A stretch of 64,000 nucleotides of DNA from Solirubrobacterales bacterium (GCA_036280745.1 DASUQC010000026.1:209-64208), one strand, 5' to 3'. Shown: positions 39,918 to 51,571, counted from the stretch's first letter. Numbers and translations are program-made. Notes: a model not told the origin generated them from the letters alone.

Positions 39918-40019
39918 CAGCGAGCTGCTCTTCGGTTCGGGCGGCAGGGCGATGCCGGAAAGGATCGCAGGGAACCGCCGCGTCGTGGTCCGGCGGCCCG
40001 GATGGTTAGCATCGACTTA

Positions 40020-40868
40020 ATGCCAGCCCTTGCCGATCTGAAGCTCCACTCCTCGGGGAAGGTGCGCGAGATCTACGAGTGGGACGACGACCTGCTGATG
40101 GTCGCCTCCGACCGGGTCTCGATCTACGACGTGGTGATGCCGACCCCGATCACCGACAAGGGGAAGGTGCTGAACCGGATGTCGGTCTTCTGGTTCGGGC
40201 TGACCGAGGGCATCGTCCCCAACCACTTCATCTCCGAGGACGTGCCGGAGGAGGTCGCCGAACGGGCGATGCGGGTGCGGCGGCTGGAGATGTACCCGGT
40301 CGAGTGCGTGGTGCGCGGCTACCTCTCCGGCTCCGGCTGGAAGGAATACAAGGAGGGCGGCGCGGTCTGCGGGATCGAGCTCCCGTCAGGGTTGCTCGAG
40401 TCCGACGAGCTGCCGGAGCCGATCTTCACGCCGGCGACCAAGGCCGAGATCGGCGACCACGACGAGAACGTCGACTTCGAGCGGGCGGCGGAGATCGTCG
40501 GCGACCGGGCGCTGATGGAAGAGCTGAAGCGAATCTCGATCGAGGTCTACAAGCGGGGCGCCGAGCACGCGGCCGAGCGCGGGATCATCCTCGCCGACAC
40601 CAAGTTCGAGTTCGGCCGCCACGCCGGGGCGGAGATCGTGCTCGGCGACGAGGTGCTGACCCCGGACTCCTCCCGCTTCTGGCCGGCCGACAGCTACGAG
40701 CCCGGCCGCACCCCCCCGTCCTTCGACAAGCAGTTCGTGCGCGACTGGGCGAGCGCCCAGGGCTGGGACAAAACGCCGCCGGCGCCGGAGCTGCCGCCCG
40801 ACGTGGTCGAGCAGACCCGGGGCAAATACGTCGAGGCCTTCGAGCGGATCACGGAGACGAGCTTCTAG
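40020..40868 (+). CDS. purC: SAICAR synthetase
   Basis: Only the C-terminal part of track ORF 38574..40868 is genuine. MPALADLKLHSSGKVREIYEWDDDLLMVASDRVSIYD matches the actinobacterial long-type PurC N-terminus. An alternative ATG lies at 40002. Confidence 0.9.
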   Translation: MPALADLKLHSSGKVREIYEWDDDLLMVASDRVSIYDVVMPTPITDKGKVLNRMSVFWFGLTEGIVPNHFISEDVPEEVAERAMRVRRLEMYPVECVVRGYLSGSGWKEYKEGGAVCGIELPSGLLESDELPEPIFTPATKAEIGDHDENVDFERAAEIVGDRALMEELKRISIEVYKRGAEHAAERGIILADTKFEFGRHAGAEIVLGDEVLTPDSSRFWPADSYEPGRTPPSFDKQFVRDWASAQGWDKTPPAPELPPDVVEQTRGKYVEAFERITETSF

Positions 40869-41092
40869 TGGCGAGGGCCCGGGTCCTGATCCGGCCCAAG
40901 GAGGGGATCCTCGACCCCCAGGGCAAGGCGGTCGAGCGGGCGCTGCCGGCGCTCGGGTTCGAGGGGATCGAGCACGTCCACGTCGGCCGCATGGTCGAGC
41001 TCGAGGCCGAGGACCCGGAGCGGCTCGGCGAGCTCTGCGAGAAGCTGCTCGCCAACCCCCTGATCGAGGACTACGAGATCCAGACCCTGTGA
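40868..41092 (+). CDS. purS: FGAM synthase subunit PurS
   Basis: 74 aa (ARVLIRPKEGILDPQGKAVERAL). The GTG overlaps the purC stop (TAGTG). Confidence 0.88.
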   Translation: MARARVLIRPKEGILDPQGKAVERALPALGFEGIEHVHVGRMVELEAEDPERLGELCEKLLANPLIEDYEIQTL

Positions 41093-41727
41093 TCTGGGGC
41101 GTCGTCCAGTTCCCCGGGTCCTGCGATGAGCGGGACGCGCTGCACGCGTGCGAGGTGGCGAGCGGCGAGGCGCGGCTGGTCTGGCACGAGGAGCGCGACC
41201 TCGGCGGCGTCGACGCGGTCGTCGTCCCCGGCGGCTTCTCCTACGGCGACTATCTGCGGGCGGGAGCGATCGCCCGCTTCTCGCCGGCGATGGAGGCGGT
41301 GGCGGAGTTCGCCGCCGCGGGCGGGCCGGTGCTGGGCATCTGCAACGGCTTCCAGGTCCTCTGCGAGGCGGGGCTGCTCCCCGGCGCGCTGCTGCGCAAC
41401 GCCGAGCTGCGCTTCACCTGCCGCCAGGTCGAGCTGACCGACGCCTCCGGCCGGTCGCTCTCGATCCCGGCCAAGCACGGGGAAGGGCGGTACTACGCGC
41501 CGGACGACGTGCTCGACGAGCTGGAGGCGAACGGGCAGGTCGCCTACCGCTACGCGGAGGGGCACAACTTCAACGGCTCGGCGCGGGACATCGCCGGGGT
41601 CTCCAACGAGGCCGGCAACGTGGTCGGGCTGATGCCGCACCCCGAGCACGCGGTCGACCCGCTGACCGGCTCGACCGACGGGCTGCGGGTCTTCGAGGCG
41701 GTCGCCGGCGCGGGGGCGCGGGCGTGA
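41089..41727 (+). CDS. purQ: FGAM synthase glutamine amidotransferase subunit
   Basis: 212 aa with the catalytic Cys (GICNGFQ) and MPHPEHA. It overlaps purS by 4 nt. Confidence 0.92.
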   Translation: MIWGVVQFPGSCDERDALHACEVASGEARLVWHEERDLGGVDAVVVPGGFSYGDYLRAGAIARFSPAMEAVAEFAAAGGPVLGICNGFQVLCEAGLLPGALLRNAELRFTCRQVELTDASGRSLSIPAKHGEGRYYAPDDVLDELEANGQVAYRYAEGHNFNGSARDIAGVSNEAGNVVGLMPHPEHAVDPLTGSTDGLRVFEAVAGAGARA

Positions 41728-43910
41728 CCGTGGAGACCGCGAAGCACCGCGAGCTCGGGCTCACCGACTCCGAGTTCGAGCTGATCGTCGCGAAGCTGGG
41801 GCGCGAGCCGAACGACGTCGAGCTGGCGATGTTCAGCCTGCTCTGGTCCGAGCACTGCGCCTACAAGCACTCGCGCAAGCTGCTGCGGCGGCTGCCGACC
41901 GAGGGCGAGCGGGTGGTGATGGGACCGGGCGAGAACGCCGGCGCGGTCGACGTCGGCAACGGCCACGCGGTCGCCTTCAAGGTCGAGTCGCACAACCACC
42001 CGAGCGCGGTCGAGCCCTTCCAGGGCGCGGCCACGGGGGTCGGCGGCATCCTCCGCGACGTCTTCGCGCTGGGCGCGCGGCCGATCGCGATCCTCGACAG
42101 CCTCCGCTTCGGCGAGCTCGACTCGGTGCGCTCGCGCCACCTGCTCGACGGCGCCGTGCGCGGGATCGGCCACTACGGCAACTCGATCGGGGTGGCGACG
42201 GTCGGCGGCGAGATCTACTTCGAGGAGCCCTACGAGCACAACTGCCTGGTCAACGCGATGTGCGTCGGGCTGGCGAGGACCGAGGACATGGTCCGCGCCG
42301 CCGCCGCCGGGGTCGGCAACGCGGTGGTGCTGATGGGCGCCTCGAGCGGGCGCGACGGGATCGGCGGCGCCTCGGTGCTGGCCTCGGCCGAGCTCGGCGA
42401 GGGCGACGAGGCGAAGCGGCCGACGGTACAGATCGGCGACCCGTTCGAGGAGTCGAAGGTGCTGGAGTGCTGCCTGGAGCTGCTGGCCAAGGGGCTGCTG
42501 GTCTCGCTGCAGGACCTCGGTGCCGCCGGGCTCACCTCCTCGGCCGGGGAGATGGCCTCGGCCGGCGGGGTCGGGATCGACCTCGACGTCGCCAGGGTGC
42601 CGCTGCGCGAGGCCGACATGGAGCCGTTCGAGATCATGGTCTCCGAGTCGCAGGAGCGGATGCTGGCGGTGGTCGAGCCGGCCAAGGTGCCGGAGGTGCT
42701 GGCGCTCTGCGAGAAATGGCAGACCGGCGGGGCCGAGATCGGCGTCGTCACCGACAGCGGCCGGGTGCGGGTCCTGCGCGACGGCGAGGTCGTCGGCGAC
42801 ATGCCCGTGGAGGCGCTGGTCGACGGCTGCCCGCTGTACGACCTCGAGCCGGCCGAGCCCGAGGGCTGGATCTACGGCAACCGGGCGACGCTGGGGACCG
42901 ACGCCACCGCCGCGCAGGAGCTGCTGGCGCTGCTCGCCGCCCCCAGCATCGCCTCCAAGCGCTGGGCCTTCGAGCAGTACGACTCGGTGGTCGGCTCGCG
43001 CACGGTGCGCCGGCCCGAGTCGGCCGACGCCGCGGTGCTGCAGCTGCCCGAGGCCGGCAACGCGATCGCCGTCTCGATCGACGGCAACGGGCGCCGCGTC
43101 GCCTGCGACCCCTACGAGGGCACGGTCGAGGCGGTGCTCGAGTGCGCCCAGAACCTCGCCTGCGTCGGCGCCGAGCCGCTCGGCCTCACCAACTGCCTCA
43201 ACTTCGGCAACCCCGAGAAGCCGGCCACGGCCTGGCAGCTCGACCGCGCGGTCAGCGGTCTCGCCGACGCCTGCAACGAGCTCGGGGTCCCGGTGGTCGG
43301 CGGCAACGTCTCCCTCTACAACGAGGGTCCCGACGGCCCGATCTACCCGACCCCGGTGGTCGGCATGGTCGGCGAGCTGCCCGACCCGGCGCGCACGGTC
43401 GGCTCCGCCTTCGCCATCGCGGGCGACGCGATCGGCCTCGTCGGCCCCTTCGCCCCCACGCTGGCCGGCTCGGAGCTGGCCAAGCAGCGGGGGGTGCTCG
43501 ACACCGGGCTGCCGCGCCCCGACGTGACCGCGGTCGCGGCCGCCTGCACGGTCGTCCGCGACGCGGTCCGCGCCGGCAACCTCTCCTCCGCCCACGACGT
43601 CAGCGACGGCGGTCTCGCCGTCGCCCTCAGCGAGGCGGCGATCGGCTCCGGGCTCGGCTGCCGGGTCGACCTGCAGCCGCTGCGCGACCGCGGCTGCGCG
43701 CCGGAGGAGGCGCTGTTCGGCGAGGGCAGCGGCGGCTTTCTGGTCAGCGGCGAGCGCGGCGCGCTCGAGCAGCTAGGCGCGACTCTGCTCGGCGAGGTCG
43801 GGGGCGAGGCGATCGAGATCGCCGCCGGCGACCGCAGCGTCGCCGTCCCCCTCGCCGAGGCCGAGCGCGCCTGGCGCTCGCTGCCGGGACGCCTCGGTGA
43901 TGAGCAGTAG
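41724..43910 (+). CDS. purL: FGAM synthase subunit II
   Basis: The GTG at 41724 overlaps the purQ stop (GTGA). The text reads ELAMFSLLWSEHCAYKHS..., about 728 aa. Confidence 0.95.
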   Translation: MTVETAKHRELGLTDSEFELIVAKLGREPNDVELAMFSLLWSEHCAYKHSRKLLRRLPTEGERVVMGPGENAGAVDVGNGHAVAFKVESHNHPSAVEPFQGAATGVGGILRDVFALGARPIAILDSLRFGELDSVRSRHLLDGAVRGIGHYGNSIGVATVGGEIYFEEPYEHNCLVNAMCVGLARTEDMVRAAAAGVGNAVVLMGASSGRDGIGGASVLASAELGEGDEAKRPTVQIGDPFEESKVLECCLELLAKGLLVSLQDLGAAGLTSSAGEMASAGGVGIDLDVARVPLREADMEPFEIMVSESQERMLAVVEPAKVPEVLALCEKWQTGGAEIGVVTDSGRVRVLRDGEVVGDMPVEALVDGCPLYDLEPAEPEGWIYGNRATLGTDATAAQELLALLAAPSIASKRWAFEQYDSVVGSRTVRRPESADAAVLQLPEAGNAIAVSIDGNGRRVACDPYEGTVEAVLECAQNLACVGAEPLGLTNCLNFGNPEKPATAWQLDRAVSGLADACNELGVPVVGGNVSLYNEGPDGPIYPTPVVGMVGELPDPARTVGSAFAIAGDAIGLVGPFAPTLAGSELAKQRGVLDTGLPRPDVTAVAAACTVVRDAVRAGNLSSAHDVSDGGLAVALSEAAIGSGLGCRVDLQPLRDRGCAPEEALFGEGSGGFLVSGERGALEQLGATLLGEVGGEAIEIAAGDRSVAVPLAEAERAWRSLPGRLGDEQ

Positions 43911-43995
43911 GAGTCTTCTTCCAGGTTTTAGTGCTACTTTTCCCCGATTGTAAAGCTGATTTTTTACCGGTTGGCAGCCTGCTATTCTCCCGGTT

Positions 43996-45246
43996 ATGGA
44001 CTATGTGTCCCGCATAGTCGATCGGGAGCTCCAGCAACGACTCGCCGCAACCGGCGCTGTGGTGATCGAGGGGCCAAGGGCCTGCGGCAAGACTGCAACG
44101 GCGCGAAACATCTGTGCGAGCGAGGCGCTGCTCGACACCGACGACAACATGCGGGAAGCCGTGACCGTGAATCCCGCCCTGGCCCTCGACGGGGAGACCC
44201 CCCGCCTGATCGACGAGTGGCAGGTCGCACCGGCAATCTGGAACCACGTACGTCGCGCCGTCGATGACCGGGGCGAGCCAGGCCAGTTCATCCTGACCGG
44301 ATCGGCCATGCCGGCTGACGATGCCACTCGGCACTCTGGCGCCGGCAGGATCACTCGGCTTCGGATGCGGCCGATGAGCCTTTTCGAGTTGGGAAAGAGC
44401 GACGGTGCCGCCTCCCTATCCCAGCTGCTCGCCGGCGAGCCGGCGGCCGGCACGAGGTCGGACGCGACCATCCCGGAGATCGCCGAGGAGTCGGCGGCCG
44501 GAGGCTGGCCGGGGCTTCGGGAGATCGAGGTGAATCGGGCGCTGCGGGTGCTACGGGGCTACGTCGAGGAGGTCCGCCGGGTGGACGTGAGCAGAGTCGA
44601 CGAGAAACGACGGGACCCGAACAGGGTCGGTCGACTTCTCGCCAGCCTCGCTCGCAACGTCGCCACCCAGGCGGCGGCGACCACCCTGGCCAAGGATGCC
44701 GGCGGTGCCGATGGCGCCCTCGACGACGACACCGTGCGGGAGTACCTCGATGCTCTCGAGCGGCTGATGGTGATCGAGAACCAGCCGGCCTGGGCTCCCC
44801 ATCTCCGCTCAACGCACTCGCTGCGCCGTGCTCCCAAGCGTCACTTCGTCGATCCATCGCTGGCGGTTGCCGCCCTGAGCGCGACCCCGGAGCAGATCCT
44901 CGGGGACATCCGCCTGTTCGGGCTCATATTCGAGTCCCTGGTTGTCCGCGACCTGCGGATCTATGCACAGGCAACTGACGCGAGCGTCTTTCACTACCGA
45001 GACAGCAGCGGTCTGGAGGTAGATGCGATCGTGGAAGGACTCGACGGTCGCTGGGCAGCCTTCGAGGTAAAGCTGGACTCGAGCCGGGTTGACGAAGCGG
45101 CGGAGAACCTTCTCAAGTTCGCCACCAAAATAGACACCGACGTCAGTGGCGAGCCGGCGGCACTCGGAGTGATCATCGCGACCGGCTACGGGTTCGTCCG
45201 TGAGGACGGTGTTCAGGTCATCCCGATCGGCGCGCTGGGCCCGTGA
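43996..45246 (+). CDS. AAA-type ATPase of the DUF4143-containing family
   Basis: 416 aa with a Walker A motif (EGPRACGKT) and a Walker-B-like motif (RLIDEWQ). The C-terminal region is typical of AAA_14/DUF4143 proteins. It has an AT-rich upstream leader and lower G+C than the flanks. Confidence 0.75.
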   Translation: MDYVSRIVDRELQQRLAATGAVVIEGPRACGKTATARNICASEALLDTDDNMREAVTVNPALALDGETPRLIDEWQVAPAIWNHVRRAVDDRGEPGQFILTGSAMPADDATRHSGAGRITRLRMRPMSLFELGKSDGAASLSQLLAGEPAAGTRSDATIPEIAEESAAGGWPGLREIEVNRALRVLRGYVEEVRRVDVSRVDEKRRDPNRVGRLLASLARNVATQAAATTLAKDAGGADGALDDDTVREYLDALERLMVIENQPAWAPHLRSTHSLRRAPKRHFVDPSLAVAALSATPEQILGDIRLFGLIFESLVVRDLRIYAQATDASVFHYRDSSGLEVDAIVEGLDGRWAAFEVKLDSSRVDEAAENLLKFATKIDTDVSGEPAALGVIIATGYGFVREDGVQVIPIGALGP

Positions 45247-46642
45247 GGGGCGTCGCCAGGCTCGGGGTCACCGCGCCGGCTTGCGCTCGCTGCCGGCGCA
45301 GGCCGAGCGCGACGGCGCCTGAGCCGAGCGCGGCGAAGACTCCGAAGAGGTAGGCCGCGTCGGAGACGCGCAGCGCCTCGCCGACGCCGACCGGGTCGCC
45401 GACGATCGCGACCAGGATCGCGGTGCCGAGCACGGCCCCGACCTGGCGGAAGGCGGCGTTGACGGCGCTGGCGGTGGCGAAGCGGTCGTCGGCGACGTCG
45501 CGGACCGCGGCCGAGCCGAGGGTCGGGAAGGCGAGCCCGATCCCGATCCCAGTGAGGACCGCGCCGGGCAGCCAGAGGCCGAGCCAGTCGGGCTCCGCCC
45601 CGGCCGAGCGCAAGACCATCACCCCGGCGGCGAAGACGAGCGTGCCGGGGACGATCACGGCACGGTGGCCGAAGCGGTCGGCGAGGCGGCCGGCCGGGCC
45701 GGAGACGACCGTGGTCATCGCCGGCCCGGGCAGGGTCGCGAGCCCGGCGGCGAGCACGCTGTAGCCCCAGATCGTGGTGAGGAAGAGGACGTTGCCGAGG
45801 ATCAGCGAGAAGAAGGCGGCGGCGAAGAGCAGGGTGCCGAGGTTGCCGACCGCGAACGAGCGGTGGGCGAACAGCGCAGGTTCGACGATCGGGCGCGGGT
45901 GGGTGCGGCTGCGGGCGACGACGGCGCCGAGCAGGACCACGGCCGCGGCGAAGGCGGCGAGGGTGCCGGCGGCGGTCCAGCCCCAGTCGTTGCCCTCGAC
46001 GATCGCGAGCGTGACCGCGGCAAGGCCGAGGGCCAGCATCAGGGCGCCGGGCAGGTCGGGGAGGCGGCTGTCGGCGACCGGCCGCTCCGGGAGCAGGCGG
46101 CGACCGGCGATCAGCACCGCGGCGCCGAGCGGGAGGTTGACGAGGAAGACGAGGCGCCAGTCGGAGAGCTCGACCAGGGCGCCGCCGAGGGTCGGACCGA
46201 CCGCGGCAGCCGCCGCCGCGGCCGCGCCCCACAGCCCCACCCCGGTCGCCCGCTTCTCGACCGGGAAGCTGTCGAGGACGATCGCCAGCGAGGTCGGCGC
46301 GATCGCCGCCGCGCCGACGCCCTGCAGCACCCGGAAGGCGATCAGCGACTCCAGCGAGGGGGCGACCGCGCAGAGCAGGCTGGCGACGGTGAACCCCGCC
46401 AGCCCGGCAAGGAAGACCCGCTTGTGGCCGAAGCGGTCGGCGAGGCCACCCATCGGGACCAGCAGCGCCGCGATCACGACGAAGTAGCCGTCGAGGACCC
46501 AGGAGAGCAGGCCCCGGCTCGCCTCCGGGAACGAGGCCGAGATGTCGGGGAAGGCGATGTTGACGATCGTCGTGTCGAGGAAGGCGAGGAAGGCGCCGGT
46601 GCAGGCGATCGCCACGCCCGCTCTATGACCATGGTCATACAT
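45218..46642 (-). CDS. MFS transporter (DHA2/EmrB-QacA-like, about 14 TM)
   Basis: The genuine part starts at the ATG at 46640-46642 (MYDHGHRAGVAIACTGAFLAFLDTTIVNIAFP). It has the motif GGLADRFGHKR and many TM segments. Confidence 0.85.
   Translation of the reverse strand: MYDHGHRAGVAIACTGAFLAFLDTTIVNIAFPDISASFPEASRGLLSWVLDGYFVVIAALLVPMGGLADRFGHKRVFLAGLAGFTVASLLCAVAPSLESLIAFRVLQGVGAAAIAPTSLAIVLDSFPVEKRATGVGLWGAAAAAAAAVGPTLGGALVELSDWRLVFLVNLPLGAAVLIAGRRLLPERPVADSRLPDLPGALMLALGLAAVTLAIVEGNDWGWTAAGTLAAFAAAVVLLGAVVARSRTHPRPIVEPALFAHRSFAVGNLGTLLFAAAFFSLILGNVLFLTTIWGYSVLAAGLATLPGPAMTTVVSGPAGRLADRFGHRAVIVPGTLVFAAGVMVLRSAGAEPDWLGLWLPGAVLTGIGIGLAFPTLGSAAVRDVADDRFATASAVNAAFRQVGAVLGTAILVAIVGDPVGVGEALRVSDAAYLFGVFAALGSGAVALGLRRQRAQAGAVTPSLATPLTGPARRSG
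46624..46639. promoter_or_regulatory. 16-bp perfect palindrome TATGACCATGGTCATA; candidate TetR operator
   Basis: The sequence is exactly self-complementary. It lies at the 5' edge of the MFS gene, 22 bp from the divergent TetR gene start at 46661. Confidence 0.5.
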
Positions 46643-46660
46643 CGTGGCGGCGACTATACT

Positions 46661-47317
46661 ATGTCCGTGGGCATAACGCGACTCGCAGACGCGGAAGCGC
46701 TCGAGCCGGCGCGCCGCGACGGGCGCGAGCGGCTGCTCAACGGCGCCCGCAAACTGCTCGCCGAGAAGGGCTACGCGGGCATGGAGCTGCGCGACGTCGC
46801 CGCGGTCGGCAAGGCCCCGCGCGGCTCGATCTACCACCACTTCCCGGGGGGCAAGCGCCAGCTCGCGGTCGAGGCGGCCGAGCTCGAGGGGAGCGAGATC
46901 AAGGCCGCGATCGAGCGCTCGCTCTCCGAGCGCGGCCTGGCGGCGACGCTGACGATGTTCGGCGAGATGTTCCGCCGCCGGGTCAAGGACAAGCCCGAGC
47001 GGCTCGGCTGCCCGGTCGCCGCCGCCGCGCTGGCCCGGCCCGAGGACCCGGCGCTCGCCGCCGCGGCGACCAAGGCCTTCCAGAGCTGGGAAGCCCCGAT
47101 CGCCGCAGCCCTGCGCGACGAAGGCGTGAGCAAGAAGGACGCCGAGACCTTCGCCGGCCTCGTCGTCTCCACGATCGAGGGCGCCCTGATCCGCGCCCGC
47201 GCCGCCGGCGACGACGCCCCCCTCGCCTCCGCGGTCGCCGGCCTGCAGGCCGCGCTCGCCGCGCTGCTTCAGGCACGCGCGCGTGGTTTAGACAAGACCT
47301 CTCGCGGGCACCTCTAG
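46661..47317 (+). CDS. TetR-family transcriptional regulator
   Basis: 218 aa with an N-terminal HTH (LLNGARKLLAEKGYAGMELRDVAAVGKAPRGSIYHHFPGGK). It is divergent from the MFS gene. Confidence 0.85.
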   Translation: MSVGITRLADAEALEPARRDGRERLLNGARKLLAEKGYAGMELRDVAAVGKAPRGSIYHHFPGGKRQLAVEAAELEGSEIKAAIERSLSERGLAATLTMFGEMFRRRVKDKPERLGCPVAAAALARPEDPALAAAATKAFQSWEAPIAAALRDEGVSKKDAETFAGLVVSTIEGALIRARAAGDDAPLASAVAGLQAALAALLQARARGLDKTSRGHL

Positions 47318-47321
47318 AGAC

Positions 47322-47348
47322 GCACCCCGAACCGCGCGTTCGGGGTGC
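47322..47348 (+). terminator. Hairpin after the TetR gene
   Basis: GCACCCCGAAC-CGCGC-GTTCGGGGTGC forms an 11-bp perfect stem, 4 nt after the stop. Confidence 0.55.
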
Positions 47349-47366
47349 GGGAATGGAGCGGAGACC

Positions 47367-48641
47367 TTGACATCCCGCCAGGTGACGAAAGCCCTGGCCT
47401 GCCTCGCCGCAGCGGCGCTGGCGGCAACGGCGCTCGGCGCCTGCGGTGGGGACTCCGAAGGCTCGGGGCCGCGCGAGCTCACCTTCTTCGTCGCGATCCA
47501 GCCGGGCGGGACGATCGAGGAAGTCTCGAAACGGTGCTCGAAAGAGTCGGGCGGGCGCTACACGATCACGCCGGAATTCCTCCCCACCGACGCCTCCCAG
47601 CAGCGCGAACAGCTGGTCCGCCGGCTCGGGGCCGAGGACCCCTCGATCGACATCGTCGGGATGGACGTGATCTGGACCGGCGAGTTCGCCAACGCCGGCT
47701 GGGTCGAAGAGTGGAAAGGCCCGCTGAAGCAGCAGGTCACCGAGGACGTCTTCCCCAACGTGATCGAGACCGCGTCCTTCGAGGGCAAGCTCTACGCGGC
47801 GCCGTTCAACACCAACACGCAGCTGCTCTGGTACCGCAAAGACCTGGTGAAGCAGCCGCCGGTGACCTGGGACGAGATGATCGACCAGGCGGAACAGCTG
47901 AAAGAAGCGGGCTCGATCCAGGTGCAGGCGAACCGCTACGAGGGCTTCATGGTCTGGACCAACGCGCTGATCGAGAGCGCCGGCACCCAGATCCTCTCCG
48001 GCCCGGAAACGGTCGAGCTGGGACAGGAGCCGACCGAAGCGGCGCTGGCGGTGATGGGCCGCCTGGCCCGCGGCTCGGCCGCCCCGCCCAGCCTCTCGAC
48101 CTCCGACGAGGACAGCGCCCGGCTCGGCTTCGAGGGGGGCGAATCGGCCTTCATGACCAACTACACCTTCGCCTACGCGAGCGCCCAGAGCGAAGCGCCG
48201 GACATCGGCAAGGTGATGGGCTTCGCCCGCTTCCCCGAGGTCGTCCCCGGCACCCCGAGCAAACCGCCGCTCGGCGGCTTCAACCTCGCGGTCAGCTCCT
48301 TCTCCGAGAACCAGGACGTCGCCTTCGACGCCGCCGCCTGCCTGTCCGGCAAAGAGAGCCAGAAAACGGCGGTCGAACTCGACGGCCTGCCGCCCTCGCG
48401 CTCCGACCTCTACTCCGACAAAACCGTGACCAAGGCCTACCCGGGGTTCGCCGGCCTGGTCAAGGAATCGATCGAAGAATCGGGGCCGCGCCCGACCACC
48501 CCCGCCTACCAGGACGTCTCGCTCGCGGTCCAGCGCTCGCTGCACCCGCCGGACAAGATCGACCCCGACGACCCCGAACCCTCCTATGACGAGCTGAAGT
48601 CGAACCTCGAAGACGCGGTCAAGCGGGAGGGGCTGCTGTGA
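47367..48641 (+). CDS. Carbohydrate ABC transporter substrate-binding lipoprotein (LpqY-like)
   Basis: It has a lipobox (ATALGAC) and reads as a family-1 solute-binding protein of 424 aa. Confidence 0.86.
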   Translation: MTSRQVTKALACLAAAALAATALGACGGDSEGSGPRELTFFVAIQPGGTIEEVSKRCSKESGGRYTITPEFLPTDASQQREQLVRRLGAEDPSIDIVGMDVIWTGEFANAGWVEEWKGPLKQQVTEDVFPNVIETASFEGKLYAAPFNTNTQLLWYRKDLVKQPPVTWDEMIDQAEQLKEAGSIQVQANRYEGFMVWTNALIESAGTQILSGPETVELGQEPTEAALAVMGRLARGSAAPPSLSTSDEDSARLGFEGGESAFMTNYTFAYASAQSEAPDIGKVMGFARFPEVVPGTPSKPPLGGFNLAVSSFSENQDVAFDAAACLSGKESQKTAVELDGLPPSRSDLYSDKTVTKAYPGFAGLVKESIEESGPRPTTPAYQDVSLAVQRSLHPPDKIDPDDPEPSYDELKSNLEDAVKREGLL

Positions 48642-49522
48642 GCGCCCGCACGCGATCGGAGCGCAAACTCGCCTGGATGCTGTGTGCGCCGGCGGTGATC
48701 GCGATGCTCGCCGTCACCGCCTACCCGATCGTCTACGCGGTCGCCCTCTCGGTCCAGCAGGTGGACCTCCGCTTCCCCGAAGAGGGCGGCTTCGTCGGCC
48801 TCGACAACTACACCGCCGTGCTCGGCTCGCAGCTCTGGTGGACCGACTTCTTCAACACCGTCTTCATCATGGTGACGACGGTCGCGATCGAGCTGGTGCT
48901 GGGGATGGCGATCGCGCTGGTCATGCACCGGGCGATCTTCGGCCGCGGCGTCGTCCGCACCGCGGTCCTCATCCCCTACGGGATCATCACCGTGGTCGCC
49001 GCCTTCGCCTGGCAGTTCGCCTTCTCGCCCGACAGCGGCTTCGTCAACAACCTGCCGCTGATCTCCGACGAAATGGACTGGTTCGGCGGGCGCTTCAGCT
49101 CCTTCGCCGTGATCATCATGGCCGAGGTCTGGAAGACGACGCCGTTCATGGCGCTGCTGCTGCTCGCCGGGCTGGTCACGATCGACAACCAGCTCTACGA
49201 GGCGGCGAAGGTCGACGGGGCGAGCGCCTGGCAGCGCTTCACCCGCATCACCCTGCCGCTGATGAAGCCGGCGATCCTGGTCGCGCTGCTCTTCCGCTCG
49301 CTCGACGCCTTCCGCGTCTTCGACACGATCTTCATCATGACCCGCGGTGCCCAGGACACCGAATCGGTCTCGATCCTCGGCTTCAACCAGCTGATCTCGC
49401 GCCTCAACCTCGGGCTCGGCTCCGCCGTCTCGGTGCTGATCTTCATCTGCGTCTTCGCGATCGCGTTCCTCTTCGTCAAAGGGTTCGGGACCAAGCTCGA
49501 GGAAGGGCGACCGGGGGCCTGA
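48638..49522 (+). CDS. Carbohydrate ABC transporter permease (SugA/MalF-like)
   Basis: 294 aa with 6 TM segments and an EAA-type loop ([21 protein letters not shown]). Confidence 0.9.
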   Translation: MSARTRSERKLAWMLCAPAVIAMLAVTAYPIVYAVALSVQQVDLRFPEEGGFVGLDNYTAVLGSQLWWTDFFNTVFIMVTTVAIELVLGMAIALVMHRAIFGRGVVRTAVLIPYGIITVVAAFAWQFAFSPDSGFVNNLPLISDEMDWFGGRFSSFAVIIMAEVWKTTPFMALLLLAGLVTIDNQLYEAAKVDGASAWQRFTRITLPLMKPAILVALLFRSLDAFRVFDTIFIMTRGAQDTESVSILGFNQLISRLNLGLGSAVSVLIFICVFAIAFLFVKGFGTKLEEGRPGA

Positions 49523-49523
49523 G

Positions 49524-50366
49524 ATGGAACGGGGAAACCGCGATTACGCCCTCTGGTCGATCGGCATCGTGCTGGTGCTGATCTTCGCCCTTGTCCCGGT
49601 GCTGTGGCTGATCTCGGTCTCGCTGAAGCCGCCGGAAGCGGTGACCGACGGCCGCTTCATTCCCTCCGAATTCTCCCTCGACAACTACAAGAGCCTGTTC
49701 GAAGGCGGGATCGACGACAGCCCCTTCATCAAACCGCTGATCAACTCGATCGGGATCGCCCTGATCACCACCGTGATCGCGATCACCCTCGCCGCCTTCA
49801 CCGCCTACGCGATCGCCCGCCTTGAATTCCCCGGCAAGCGGCTGATCCTCGCCGGGGCGCTGGCGATCGCGATGTTCCCGCCGATCTCCACGGTCGGGCC
49901 GCTGTTCGACATGTGGCGGGCGCTCGGCCTCTACGACACCTGGCTGGGGCTGATCATCCCCTACCTGACCTTCTCGCTGCCGCTGGCGATCTACGTCCTC
50001 GTCGCCTTCTTCCGCGAGATCCCCTGGGAGCTGGAGCAGGCGGCCCAGGTCGACGGCGCCACCCCGTTCCAGGCCTTCACCAAGGTGATCGTGCCGCTCG
50101 CCGCGCCGGGCGTGTTCACCGCGGCGATCCTCGTCTTCATCTTCGCCTGGAACGACTTCCTCTTCGCGATCTCGCTCACCTCTTCGGATGCCTCGCGCAC
50201 CGTGCCCGCCGCGCTCGCCTTCTTCACCGGCGAGTCCTCGTTCACCCAGCCGACCGGGAGCATCGCCGCCGCCGCGGTGGTGGTGACGGTGCCGATCATC
50301 GTCTTCGTCCTCTTCTTCCAGCGCCGAATCGTCGCCGGCCTCACCTCCGGCGCCGTCAAGGGATAA
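49524..50366 (+). CDS. Carbohydrate ABC transporter permease (SugB/MalG-like)
   Basis: 280 aa with an EAA-type loop ([21 protein letters not shown]). Confidence 0.9.
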   Translation: MERGNRDYALWSIGIVLVLIFALVPVLWLISVSLKPPEAVTDGRFIPSEFSLDNYKSLFEGGIDDSPFIKPLINSIGIALITTVIAITLAAFTAYAIARLEFPGKRLILAGALAIAMFPPISTVGPLFDMWRALGLYDTWLGLIIPYLTFSLPLAIYVLVAFFREIPWELEQAAQVDGATPFQAFTKVIVPLAAPGVFTAAILVFIFAWNDFLFAISLTSSDASRTVPAALAFFTGESSFTQPTGSIAAAAVVVTVPIIVFVLFFQRRIVAGLTSGAVKG

Positions 50367-50377
50367 GGAGCAACGCC

Positions 50378-51547
<1,170 letters not shown>

Positions 51548-51571
<24 letters not shown>

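Noticed and set aside
38574-40019. An N-terminal ~480 codons attached to purC in track ORF 38574..40868
   Set aside because: This part is antisense to the cytochrome P450 gene and is low-complexity. PurC homology starts at MPALADLKLHSSGKVREIY (40020).
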